A stretch of 64,000 bases of DNA from the human T2T-CHM13v2.0 reference genome, Homo sapiens. Where the stretch lies: the NCBI RefSeq assembly GCF_009914755.1, contig NC_060931.1, one strand, 5' to 3'. This document shows, in pieces, positions 1 through 11,339 of this stretch. Both the position numbers and the translations under genes were made by a program. Numbering within the stretch: position 1 is the stretch's first letter; each line of letters starts with the position of its first letter. The notes beneath the pieces are model-generated. The model was given only the letters and a program-made list of their open reading frames with translations, was not told the origin of the DNA and did no database searches.

Positions 1-798
1 CAAGTTCTTCCCAGAGAAGAAACTGTATTTCTCAGCTAGACTTGTGCCACAACCAGGGAGAGCTAAGGAAGGGAATCAGGAGAAGAACTGGAGGAGGAAG
101 AGCAATTGCCCCAGGTGAGGACTTTGTAGGGTCTCCAGGCAAGAGAAAGCTGTTGTTCTCTAGTAAGGGGGAAAGCCTGTTTCTGCTGGCATAGAGGGTA
201 CAGGCAAATCTGGAAGTTCTATTTTTTTTTTCAGGCTCATCCAACCAAGAGTCCCCATCTTAGGTCTTGGGGATCCACTCTTTTCCTCCCAACTCTGATT
301 TTGGCACAGGCAACATATTAAGGAGGTATATTCAGTCCCCTTTTTGTTCTGCCCTCCTTATACTCAAATTCTCAGCCTGATTTCCAGCAGAATCCGCTTT
401 GCAGCTGCAAAAATTAAGATCTCTTAAAATGCTGCCCTATATGCCTTCTGATTTGACACTGTGCTTTGGGTCGATTGTTGCTTACTTTTAACTACTTTAT
501 TTACATATTTTTAATGTTTTCAAAGCAATTAACAGAGGCCAACCAGCTCAACAATCCTTGTGATTATCTCTGCTCCAGTATCATTCAAATACGACAGGCC
601 AGGGCTTTATTCCTTAACTGTATTCTTCCCCTTTCCACCACTGGAGAGTTAGGAATTGTGTTGCTACTGCAGACCAGGAGTGTCACCACTAGACCTACAC
701 GGGAAAATAAGGCCTGTATCGCCACTTCACTTGGAAGAGATCCCAATCTAGAATCTCATTCTGAGTGCCTGCTTTGGGAGGCCACTCTCAAAAACAAC

Positions 799-1306
799 TA
801 TCTTAGGAAGGATTTTTAAGAAAGCAGAGTTGGAGCCACGGAATTGTGTACAGGTAGTTTATTTTAGAAGTGATCTCAGGGAACAGGAGAGGAAGCTGGG
901 GAGAGCCAGATGGAGATGCAGTTCAAGACAATTCAAAGAGTTGGTCACCCTGAGAGTAACTGGGGCTCCCCTCCATCAGAATCCTCAAAAAGCCTTGCAG
1001 AATGTGCCTCAGAATTGCCCACCTGAGCCATGGAAGAGGACAGCATTTATTCACCCCTCTCACCCACTGGTCAAGAGCATTGACTGTCTTACATACCCAT
1101 GCTACTGATGCATGAGTGTCTGGGTAGTTTTCCAAGAGCATCTCGTGCAGTGATCAGAAAGTCCCAGAAAAAAACTGAGAGATTTGTGATGCAGTGGAGA
1201 CCAGGTGCTGTCAAGTTACACCTGTTTGAAGCTGGTTGCCGTAGCAATGGTTGCTGAAGGGGTGGGCTGTAAGAATGTAAAGTGGGGCACAACAGGTGTC
1301 CAGTGC
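799..1306 (-). mobile_element. Ancient ERVL-class solo LTR, LTR16-like
   Basis: Begins 'tcttagg...aagcagag...tgtacaggtagtttattttagaagtgatctcaggg' and ends 'gtggggcacaacaggtgtcc', matching the reverse complement of LTR16-family termini as I recall them; highly diverged. Confidence 0.65.
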
Positions 1307-1919
1307 AGATGGTGACCCCACTTTTAAAAGCTATGTAAGAATCTCTGGGCCAGGGACAAAGGAGAGAAAAAAATGGGAAGAAATTTCCACAGATATTTTA
1401 TAGAGTAGGTTTTCATTTTATATATAAACCTGTTAGCCATTATTAAAACTATTTTGCTGTGCTGCGCTAAAGTGAAACTCATATTATTCCTCAATAAGTG
1501 TTTCACATAGAAACAACTAAACCAGAATTTAACAGTAATGAAATATTACTAATCTCCTGCAAACTGAGCCTATCTGTAATCAAATTAAAAGACAACTGTA
1601 CTTCTTCATGGCACTAAGTTAGAAAAAGATGAGAGAAATCCTAGATTTACTTTGTTTGGAATGTGTTTGACTCATTGAAACAATATCAGCCTTTTTATTA
1701 TATGAAATAATACTGATTTTTCTCCCTAGTCAGGGTCCATTTTCTCCTTTCTAGGCCTGAGGGTGGCCATCTGCTTCATCCATGCTGCTGTCTAGCATTT
1801 CACACAACCTAGCATAAATTCTCTGGATTCCAGAACCGTGAAGGTGATAACTTTGCACAACGCTAAAGGGAATTACATATTTGTAAATGCAGAATGAATT
1901 TTATATGGTGAAATTTCTT

Positions 1920-2240
1920 GGGATTATTACATCATGTTTTTAAATGAATTAATTCATGCAAAGTATTTAGAGCACATAATAGGAGCTCAGTGAATGTTAG
2001 CTTTGTCATGATTGTCATCATCATCATCATCACATGGAGGCAGCAGGAGTTGAGGGGTCAGAGGACCTGGCTTTTAGTCCTGCCTTTATCATTTATTAGT
2101 CTTGCATCTTTGGTAAAACCATTTAACCTCTCTGAGACTCAGTGTTCTTAGCTTTAGAAAGGGGTAATAAATTCAGTTTCATAGCATTGTTATGAGGGTG
2201 AAATAACAAAAGTGATTTGTGGATTTAAAAGCGCTATACC
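1920..2240 (+). mobile_element. Two adjacent MIR fragments (3' end with (CAT)n tail, then a core)
   Basis: 'taaatgaattaattcatgcaaagtatttagagcac...ctcagtgaatgttagc' and 'catttaacctctctgagactcagtgttc...ttgttatgagggtgaaataa' match the MIR core/3' end. Confidence 0.75.
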
Positions 2241-2512
2241 AGAATAGGCATCTTCAACACATTATTAGCTCTAACCAGCTCTCTCTCTGCTATGGGTACT
2301 GCCTGCTAGGGGTCGGGTGCTGGATTCTGCAAAACCTCAAATAGCTCTATTGTATGAAATGATGTTTTATTCATGTCACCCTCTTAACCCTTGATTTTCA
2401 TCTGCAATATGTACTTCTTAGAATTACATTTACTTATTTGGCTCTCCCTCCAGACAATGGAAGTATCCTTATCTTTATTTCAAGGATTCTTCCTTTCCCA
2501 TTGATGCAAACA

Positions 2513-2538
2513 ATAATAATAATAATTATTATTATTAT
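2513..2538. repeat. Perfect 26-bp AT-only palindrome, (AAT)n/(ATT)n
   Basis: ataataataataa (2513-2525) is followed with no spacer by its reverse complement ttattattattat (2526-2538). Confidence 0.95.
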
Positions 2539-3465
2539 CATTTAAAATTAATTTAAAATAATCCAATAAATTAAACCAATGACAACCAGTTTCTTTTCCT
2601 ACATCTTTATTCTTTTTTTGCACTCTCCTAACTTTCTGGAATGGGAATGTAATCATTTACAATCAGGAAAGAATAATAAAAAGAAATTTTAAAGACCTAT
2701 AGGTATTTCACTTATGTATATGAATTTCTGAGCAGAAATTTGGAGAGTGATTATTATAAATCTTTGCAAATGAGACAAACAGAGTATCATTTTTGAATGG
2801 CACATGTCTACAGAACATCCAACAGGAACATATTTTATACAGACTTTCATTTCTACAAAGACAAGAAATGACTTTTACAGTGAAATTACAAAAGACGTTT
2901 GGTTTGTTTTCTCTATATATCATATAACTACATCATGCTGCTTACCACTCCATTGGTAGTCTTTCCCCCAAGTTTTGCTCAGATTTTTAGATTGAATTAT
3001 TCAGGAAGAACTGTTATTATAGATTACCGAAATGAATGAATAGTCAATACGACTTTGTAAAGACTGACCCTTTTGGGTTTCAACTGTCAACACAGGAAAT
3101 ATTACAAGATGGTAAATAACAGGAGATGAGAAGGCTCTAGGCCCCATTCTGAGAAATAGTGTGCTTGTTATTGTCTATTGTGTGACCTTCATATGAGACA
3201 ACAAAGTACTGACTGTTCAGTTGAAATCATATTAAGCAGAGATCTGGGCTCAAAATGAGAAGAGTGAAGACAAGATGGAATCCTGGAAAAGCTGACAAAG
3301 CCTGTGATCCTTCTGAGACACAGCAATAATTAATACCATATTCAGTACGTGGCTGGAAGGACTATTTCCATTCAAATCTTGTAGGATGAGCATTGCGACA
3401 AAACTATGAAATGATATTATTCATCTATTCCTTGCTGGTTGTATACAGAATTCATTTAGTTACTC

Positions 3466-3696
3466 TTTTCTTTTTTTCTGGGTGACAGGGCAAGAGAGGG
3501 TCTCGCTCTGTCACCCAGGCTGAAGTGCAGTGACACAATCATGGCTTATTGCAGCCTCGGCCTCCCTGGACTCAAGCGAACCTCCTGCCTTAGCCTCCTG
3601 AGTAACTGGGACTACAGGTGCGTGCCATCATGGTTGGCTAATTTTTTTTTTTTGTATTTTTTGTAGAGATGGGGTTTTACCATATTGCCCAGGCTA
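3466..3696 (-). mobile_element. Truncated AluJ (right arm, linker and part of left arm)
   Basis: 'gggtctcgctctgtcacccaggctg...atcatggctt...ctcaagcg...ttgtagagatgggg...ttgcccaggct' carries AluJ-type features; Alu 5' end is missing. Confidence 0.9.
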
Positions 3697-3748
3697 TAAG
3701 TGATTACTCTTCTGCCTCTATCACCAGACCTTTAAAATGAGAGTGGCA

Positions 3749-4124
<376 letters not shown>

Positions 4125-4184
4125 TCATAAAAGTACTTTAAAGGGTATTCTTTATGATCTAATGATTGCAGATTCTAGGGACAC

Positions 4185-4440
4185 ACCTTGGACAAGTAAC
4201 AGTCTTGGTTTCCTTCTTTATAAAATAAAGATACTAAAAGTATGTACCTTGTAGCATTTTAGTGAATATTGTATTAAATAAAGTAATGGCAAACGATTAA
4301 AATGCTTAGTTATTGTTATTATTTACTGGGTCAACAGTGTGTGTTCATTGACCATTTCCAAGCACTGTGATAGAAGCTAGGGATAAAAAGCCAAATAAGG
4401 GCCAATTCCTGTCTTTAAAAGGTTTGCTGCCTAATACAGT
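4185..4440. mobile_element. MIR fragment (+) followed by L2 3' end (-)
   Basis: 'ccttggacaagt...tttccttctttataaaataaagata' (MIR core), then 'aagcactgtgatagaagctagggata...cctgtctttaaaagg' (antisense L2 tail). Confidence 0.55.
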
Positions 4441-5779
4441 AAAACATGGAGTTATGCTGTGGACATACTCTTGGTAGTTCTGAGTTATTGCTGCACAACA
4501 GCCATGTATGTGGCTATGTGTGTGTGTTCACAAATTTATTTGTGCTTTTTGGGGATACTGTAGGTTGAAGTGTAGAAACCGGAATCCTTTAGAAAAATTA
4601 GTTCCTCCCAACTTTCTTGTCATTTGCTACTTGAGAACTGGACCTTTCCAGTGGAGCAGCACTTTCATATTTCAGAACTTCTTTGCCACTGGGTCAGAGA
4701 TTACAAACTCCCTCCTGGGTTTCTTACCAACTCATCCTCTGCCCTGTAAACAATGACCTTTTCTATAGTGTCATCTCACATAGGATTCCTTTGGAAGAAT
4801 TAAATCAAACCTGGAGAAAGCAAATGATTATTTCAGTATCCTAGGGTAAAGTGTTTACTGAACACCTCCTCCTGGATTGAAGTGGGCTTGACCTTAAGCA
4901 ACCTGAAAATTTGCTGGAAGAAAATAAGTACATTCCACTAAGGATCTGTGAAATAGCAATTACTGTGAATACTAATCAAGGTGCTACTATACTGATTCTA
5001 GTAGATAGTGTCAAATGACTAAGACAGATCGTATGCAAGGGTGTGTAGGTGGGTGGAGGGCGGGTGCGAAGAATTAATTGGGAAGTTAGCAAATGGCAGC
5101 TACAGGAGAAGAAAAGAGTGATACTATGCTTGAGTTAATTCTGCAACCTTCAGGTATCCCTGGTATTTTCTCCTGAGGATAATTTGAGAGGAGAACCAAA
5201 TCAAGAACCTCTTCAAAGGATCAAATACCACACTGTGTTAATGCCTATAAGAAACATTGTTATGGTGTAAATTAAATGCAAGTAGAAAAAAATATACCTG
5301 TAACTATTTTTAGGGACTTCATGATTTCACTTATTTCAGTAACCATTATTCATGTATAATCTTGCAAGGAAAATGAACATGGCCTCCCAGTAAGAAATAG
5401 AGCTCGGTTGTAACTGTCTCTTGTGACTTGTAATTAAAAAATCCGGTACACACTCTCTTATGGTTGAATAAAATGGATGAATTATTGCATTAAAATTAAA
5501 GAGTTAAGTATCTAGCTATGCAGGCAAATAAAGCCGCTATAAGAATTTTCCCGTATAAATGCAGAAGTATATAGCTCATTTCAGTGCCATGTTCTATTCT
5601 TAGAGTTAAAGCTGTTACAGAGTTGGAAATTAAGAGGAGGGAAGAGGTGCTCAGAAAAAGTTTCAAGTATATCTTTAAAGAATGTCAATCAATTTAACAG
5701 CTATATGACTAAATTGTGATGTGGAGTTTATAAGGGTCAAATCACAGAAAAGAAGGTTTCTTAGTGATTTCTTCTAATA

Positions 5780-5895
5780 TGTTCCTTATTTTACAGAAAG
5801 GAAGATACTGAGGTACAAAGATTAATGACTTGCTGAAAGTCACACAGCAAGAGAAAACCAGCTTGAGAGACAGCTCCTGAGCCCTCTGGCTCATC
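5780..5895 (-). mobile_element. MIR fragment
   Basis: 'attttacaga...actgaggtacaaagattaatgacttgctgaaagtcacacagc' is the antisense MIR core. Confidence 0.8.
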
Positions 5896-7029
5896 TCTAC
5901 AGAAGCAAATGTCATATACCCATATCACCTTGTGCCTAGTACAATGCCAATCACAATCCACACTGTTTACTGACTGGCTCCAAATGTCCAAACGATCTCA
6001 TTCCAGGGCTCTTGGTATTCCTGGTCCCAAAGCCACACAGATTTTTCAATCTGATGTATGTCAGGGTATCAATCATGTTATTTTTATTGTGACTTTTACT
6101 TTCCTAATTCCAAGACACCCTGTTTCAAAGGAGAAGTAATTATATTCATATCCAATGCTAGTTTCCAAAGATTTACTAGTAATAATTAACCAGAATCCTT
6201 GAATCTTTTTGTGTAAAAAAGCAAGGCATAAATACATTATTTAAAAGTGTAATTAACCTTGACTCATAACTATATCTGAGGAGCTACTTCCAGGTGATGC
6301 TTGTACTTTAACCCACTACAGCTATCCTCTGCTTTAGCCAAATGTGCAGGAAGAATAATGGGCTATCCATGTATACTAAGCAAAAGCCATAAAGAAAGCC
6401 CAGATGAGGGGGAAGATTCCTGAGACAGTGACACCAAGATGGACAGTCAGCCATGGTGTCTTTGATCCTTGGTCCATCTCAACTCTGGTAATTTTGGTGG
6501 GTGGTGACTTCCCAGCACTATGCTGAGAATGGTTCTGAGAAACTGACAAAACTTCTGATCAATTAGAGATGGAGGAATGGCCTTGTATCCACGAAGTGTG
6601 GCCCCTGTGGAGGCAGGCAAAGACAGGTCACTGTAGACAGGAGAAATGTCCTAGGAAGCAGAGCCCTAGGATTCAACGACCACACTCACTTTTCTCCAGA
6701 AGTGAGCAGGGGGCCAGAGGGTCTAGATAAGAAAACTAGGGGCTAGTGACCTTAAGTAGACAACAAGTGAAAGTTCTGCCCTGAATAATTCCATATGTAA
6801 TTTTCTCCATTTCTTCCTTCTTCCCTCCTTCACTCTTTTCTTCCCTCCTTTCTATTTTTTTTATTTATAAGAATGTATTTCTACAACCACTTTGTTCTCA
6901 AAGGCTATGAGGCAGCTTACAAAGGTAACATAAACATTAGGTAACTGAAAACATTGGAAAGTGGGGACAGGCAGGAGGAGGAGAGGGAGGCAGATATGCA
7001 GAAGCAATAAAAATATAATAAAAATAAAG

Positions 7030-7245
7030 ATAATGATGTGACAAGCTTGTCCTAAATGTTCACTATGTTGTTGGCAGAAAGTAATTTATAAGTATTAATT
7101 CCTTCAACCCTCACAGTAACCCTGTAAGAAAGGTACTATTACTACTCCATTTTCTAGATGTGGGAATTGAGGCACAGAGAAGTCTCATCGCAAATAAGTG
7201 GCTGAACTGAGATTCATGCCAGCCACACTCCAGATCCTGTACCCC
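7030..7245 (-). mobile_element. MIR
   Basis: 'aaccctcacagtaaccctgtaagaaaggtactattactactccattttctagatgtgggaattgaggcacagaga'. Confidence 0.85.
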
Positions 7246-8319
7246 ACCAACCTTTGCTGTCTGTTTTGAAATAGGGGTAGTTTGTCATCACAATATCTGG
7301 TCTATAAGTTCTATACGCTTTTGCACAGGTAAGCCTCAAATACTCTCATCCATTAGGGCAAAGAGAGGCAGAGCCTTGAAGAATACCAGCAGAAGGCCCC
7401 CAGTGCTGTGTCTACATAAGGGGCAAGGCTGCCTGGACAACCAGCCAGATGCAGACTTCTTGAGCTGAGCAGGCACTCAGGAACCCAGGCACTGCTGCTG
7501 GGGGGCCTGGCCCTTCCATTCCCACCCCTGCTGGGTCACACCAGCCCACTGCCGTGAGTGAGGACGTGAGTCAGAACCTCTCAGGTGCCTTTTCCTCCAT
7601 CCCACTAAAAGATCTGCATGGATCAGTGCTGTGTGTAGGCTGTTTGAAAAAGTTATGTATGATTCAAGTGGATGACAAAGAATATAAATGACATAATTTA
7701 TCCTTTTATCTTTTGAGTTGACTTTATGACAAAATCCAAACTATATGTTAACTGCCTTCATTTGTAACTATTTAAACAATCATAAGGGGTAGTCAGATAA
7801 GAACATTTATAAACTATCTGGCTTCATGTGAATTTAGAATAGTGTGGGATTTTTTTTTTTTAAGGCACATGTGAATACAAAGAAGGTTATGGCCTAAAAG
7901 AGAAAGACAGGAAAAGCATACATTATAAGATAAATAAAAAATTGAGAAATAGAGACCTTAAATATACGTAGATCCTGCGCAATTTGAATGCTTTAGTTCT
8001 GAGGGAGAAATGGACCAATAAGGTGATCTGGACAACACAGGTGTGCAGCTTGAACTTAGAGTTTAAAGGACAATTCAGAGTTGGAAACTGAATAACCTCC
8101 TTTCTGGCCCCCAGTAGGCCTAAAACCTTCGCGCTTCCACTCACATTGTGTTGTGATTTTCATGAATTTGTTCAACATGAACAACATGAATCTGCAATGC
8201 TCCCATGAGAATGCTGGATCTTGTAGATGCACTCCACTACAGCTCCCGCTGAAGTGAGCAGGACAGATGAAGAGACTGGAGCCAGGGAAGAACCTTCTCT
8301 CCAGCTCCATGAAAGCACC

Positions 8320-8565
8320 AGGTGTATAGTATAGAGGCTAATGATGGGGGGCTGTGGAGTCAGCCAGAAGGAGGTTTGACTTCCAAGTCAGCCACTCAAC
8401 ACTCACTGGAAGAGTGACTGGGGACAATTTATTGAAGCCCCAGGAGCTCCTCATCTCTAAGAGAGACCTACTCATGGGATTATTGTGAGGATTAAATGAA
8501 CTAATTTATGTAAATGCTTTACACAGACATTGACACCATAAATAGGAGCTATTGCTGTTTTTATT
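8320..8565 (+). mobile_element. MIR (near full length)
   Basis: 'ggctgtggagtcag...gtgactggggacaatt...cctcatctctaa...ttgtgaggattaaatgaactaat...gtaaatgcttt'. Confidence 0.85.
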
Positions 8566-9154
8566 TCTCATTTACATGGGGTTCTTGAATAGATAGTTGT
8601 ATTCTTCACATTGTTCTTTTAAATATTTGCATTGATATTAATAACCCCTTGTTGTATTACAATTGGCCATGTCTCACAAATTAGTAGAGGATTAAGAAAA
8701 TCAAACAACATATTGCAGATGGTCAAGGCTAGAAAATAAATTTAAAAAATATATATGATATGCTGAGATGACTGGAGAATAAATACAATTTATATAACAA
8801 AGGTGAATGAACCAAATTAACTTACTTAAAGACAAATATTCTCAGACTGTATTAAAATACACAATCTAATAGTATATATTTTATGAGATACTTTAAAAGC
8901 TATCAAAAATGTAAAAAAAAAATAAGTGGCAATATTAAAATAAGAAGAAATAGAATTCAAGGATAAATTAAAAATAGATAAAACTCTTTTTGCCAGAACA
9001 TGAAACTCAATGCTTTTCTGCATTCCATAAAATTCATATTATTAATACTGGGAAACTTTTTAATAAACTTGCTTTTATTTTTTACTTGCCAAAGAGAAGA
9101 AAAACGTATACGGTTATATCTAATATAAGTGATATAATTAGTAGTTTGTTTATT

Positions 9155-9354
9155 CAGAGGTCAGCAACCTTTTTCTGTAAAGAGCCAGAGAGAAAGTATT
9201 TTAGGCTTTGTGGGTCACATATGGTCTCTGTTGCATATTCTTCTCTGAGAGTGTATGGTTTTTAAACGATCCTTTAAAAATATAAAAACTGCAAATAGCC
9301 CAAGGGCCATATATAAACAGACTCTGGGCTGGCAAGCCAGTTGGCTGACCCCTG
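9155..9354 (+). mobile_element. MER58-family (MER58C-like) hAT-Charlie MITE
   Basis: Terminal inverted repeats CAGAGGTCAGCAA...TTGGCTGACCCCTG; internal 'tttttctgtaaagagccag...tattttaggctttgtgggtcac'. Confidence 0.9.
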
Positions 9355-9550
9355 ATTTTTATGTATAATCTATGAAAGTATTCATATATTTCACATTATA
9401 TTTAAGCAATTGATATTGTACTAATATTAATTACATTACAGGTATAATTTCCTACAAATGCCTTGTTTTTTTTTCCTTAAAGAGCACAGGAAACATTTAC
9501 AAAAATTGACTAAATCGTAGGCCAAAAAGAAATCTTAAAATTTCCTAGAT

Positions 9551-10067
9551 CAGGGGTTCTCAACATGTGGTCTGGGGATTTCTGGGGGTTTCCAAGATCC
9601 TTTCGGGTGATCCTCAAAGGTCAAATCTATTTTCATCATAATATGTGATGTTACTTGGCTTTTTCACTTTCAATCTCTCATGTAGATACAGTGGAGTTTT
9701 ACAAAAGCTTCCTGACACATTACATCTCAACAGATTGAATGCAGAAGCAGACATGAGAATCCAGCTGTCTTCTATTGATCCAGACAGTAAAGAGATTTGC
9801 AAAATGTAAAACAATGCTACTTTTCTTCTATATTTTTCTGTTTTGAAAAACAGTAGTTTCCCATCAAAATATGTTACATATGTTAAGATGTAATGGGTAT
9901 ATTACTGCTACTTTAAATGAATTAATAAACATATATATTTAAATTTCTCAGTTTCTAGTATGGTAAATATTGATAGATACAAATAGCATGAACATATTCC
10001 TTAGGTGCCCTTTATAGTTTTTAAGAATGCAAAGAGGTTTTGAGAATAAAAACTTTGAGAACTACAT
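9551..10067 (+). mobile_element. Charlie4a-like hAT DNA transposon relic
   Basis: TIRs CAGGGGTTCTCAA...TTTGAGAACTAC; internal 'aacagattgaatgcagaagcagacatgagaatccagctgtcttctatt'; degenerate 8-bp TSD tcctagat/ttctagaa, matching the hAT NTCTAGAN target preference. Confidence 0.85.
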
Positions 10068-10906
10068 TTCTAGAAAATACATGTACAGTCCACATCCTTT
10101 TACTGTAATACATTCATACAGTAATTAGGTATATTTACTGTTTTGATAGTGGACTAGCCCAGCCCTGAAACTTCTTAGAAACCAGCCCTCCCTTCTCACC
10201 ACGGGACTATCTGCCATTCATCTAAGAAAGAAATACAAACAAGTTCAGGGCAAAAGGTACCTCTCAGTGTCTTTTCTAAAGAATTTTTGACATATGCAGT
10301 AGGGTTAGTCAACACAGGATAGGGCAGGGTCTAAACTTCAACTAAAGAGAAATGTCTAAACTGGGCTGCAGAAACAACGAATTGGGAGAATAGTAAATAA
10401 TTAATAAGGGCTAACCTATGGCAGTTATATGAATTCAAGATGGGAAAGTGAAACCAAATGAAAAACCCTAATTGCATTTTTAATTGGATTAAGTGATTTC
10501 TCAACAACTGTGCAAATAATGTTAATTTTCCCTTCCAAAGCTCAAGAAAGAGATAATTGTTTTAAGAGCTAAGGCAGCTTTTAAAATAACGAATGAAGAA
10601 AAGCAAGACAAAACCAAGTCTACATGTCTCCAACCTAATGACTTGGGAAAATGGTAGAAAAATAAAAAAATAAATGCATTATTGATTGAAGTATAAAATA
10701 TATTCAGAAAAGTATTCATATTATGCAGCTTGTGAATTTTCACAAAGTGAACATAGCTGAGTAAGCACCATCCACAGCAAGAAATAGAATGCAAACTCTC
10801 CAGTCACTATACCCTCTCCTCCCCCAAATAACCATTGTCTTCAGTGCTAACGCTATACATTAGTTCTTCTTCTTTCACAAATGTATATAAACGGAATCAT
10901 TCATTA

Positions 10907-11339
10907 TGAATTTACATTGCGAATTTTAACCCTTTGTATTTTCCCGCAGTTTCAACATCCCCCTAAACGGGCTGCGACGCCCCTGTCAGGTGACCGAGTG
11001 CACCAGTGTGTAAGGCTGGTCTCTGGCACAAATTCCCCGTCTTTCCCGCCTCTGCTGTGACCTAATGACATTCTGAATGTACCACTGAATTCCCCTCGTG
11101 CCCTTTGCTTGTGAACGCTACCTTGACCCCCAGTAAAGGCACTTGCCCACGGTCCTCGCTGGCTCTCAGCTCCCCACCTGCTTGGTTGAGCCCGCTTCTC
11201 CCCCATGTGGTCCCCTAGTGGCATGCGGTGATCCCTGTTCTGGGACCTGTGAGTATAATACACTGTTCTTCCTGTGCTTCTCATCTGTCCCCTCTTGTGG
11301 CTGCACCTGACTGACCATCTCATGAAAGGATACAAAACA
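10907..11339 (+). mobile_element. Solo LTR, probably ERVL (MER54/MER73/MER74/MER88 group), inserted into the L1ME 3'UTR
   Basis: GC-rich TG...CA block that splits L1 sequence 'ggaatcattcatta|ttattcatttgtatttg'; ends 'gtggctgcacctgactgacc...aaaggatacaaaaca'. Subfamily uncertain. Confidence 0.7.

Larger units (their letters stand above)
8790..10125 (+). mobile_element. Ancient L1M fragment (ORF2 endonuclease region) interrupted by two hAT elements
   Basis: 'aaagacaaatattctcagactgtattaaaa', 'gtggcaatattaaaat...aaatagaattcaagg' and 'ggaaacatttacaaaaattgac...taggccaaaaagaaatct' resemble the degenerate start of L1 ORF2. Confidence 0.6.
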
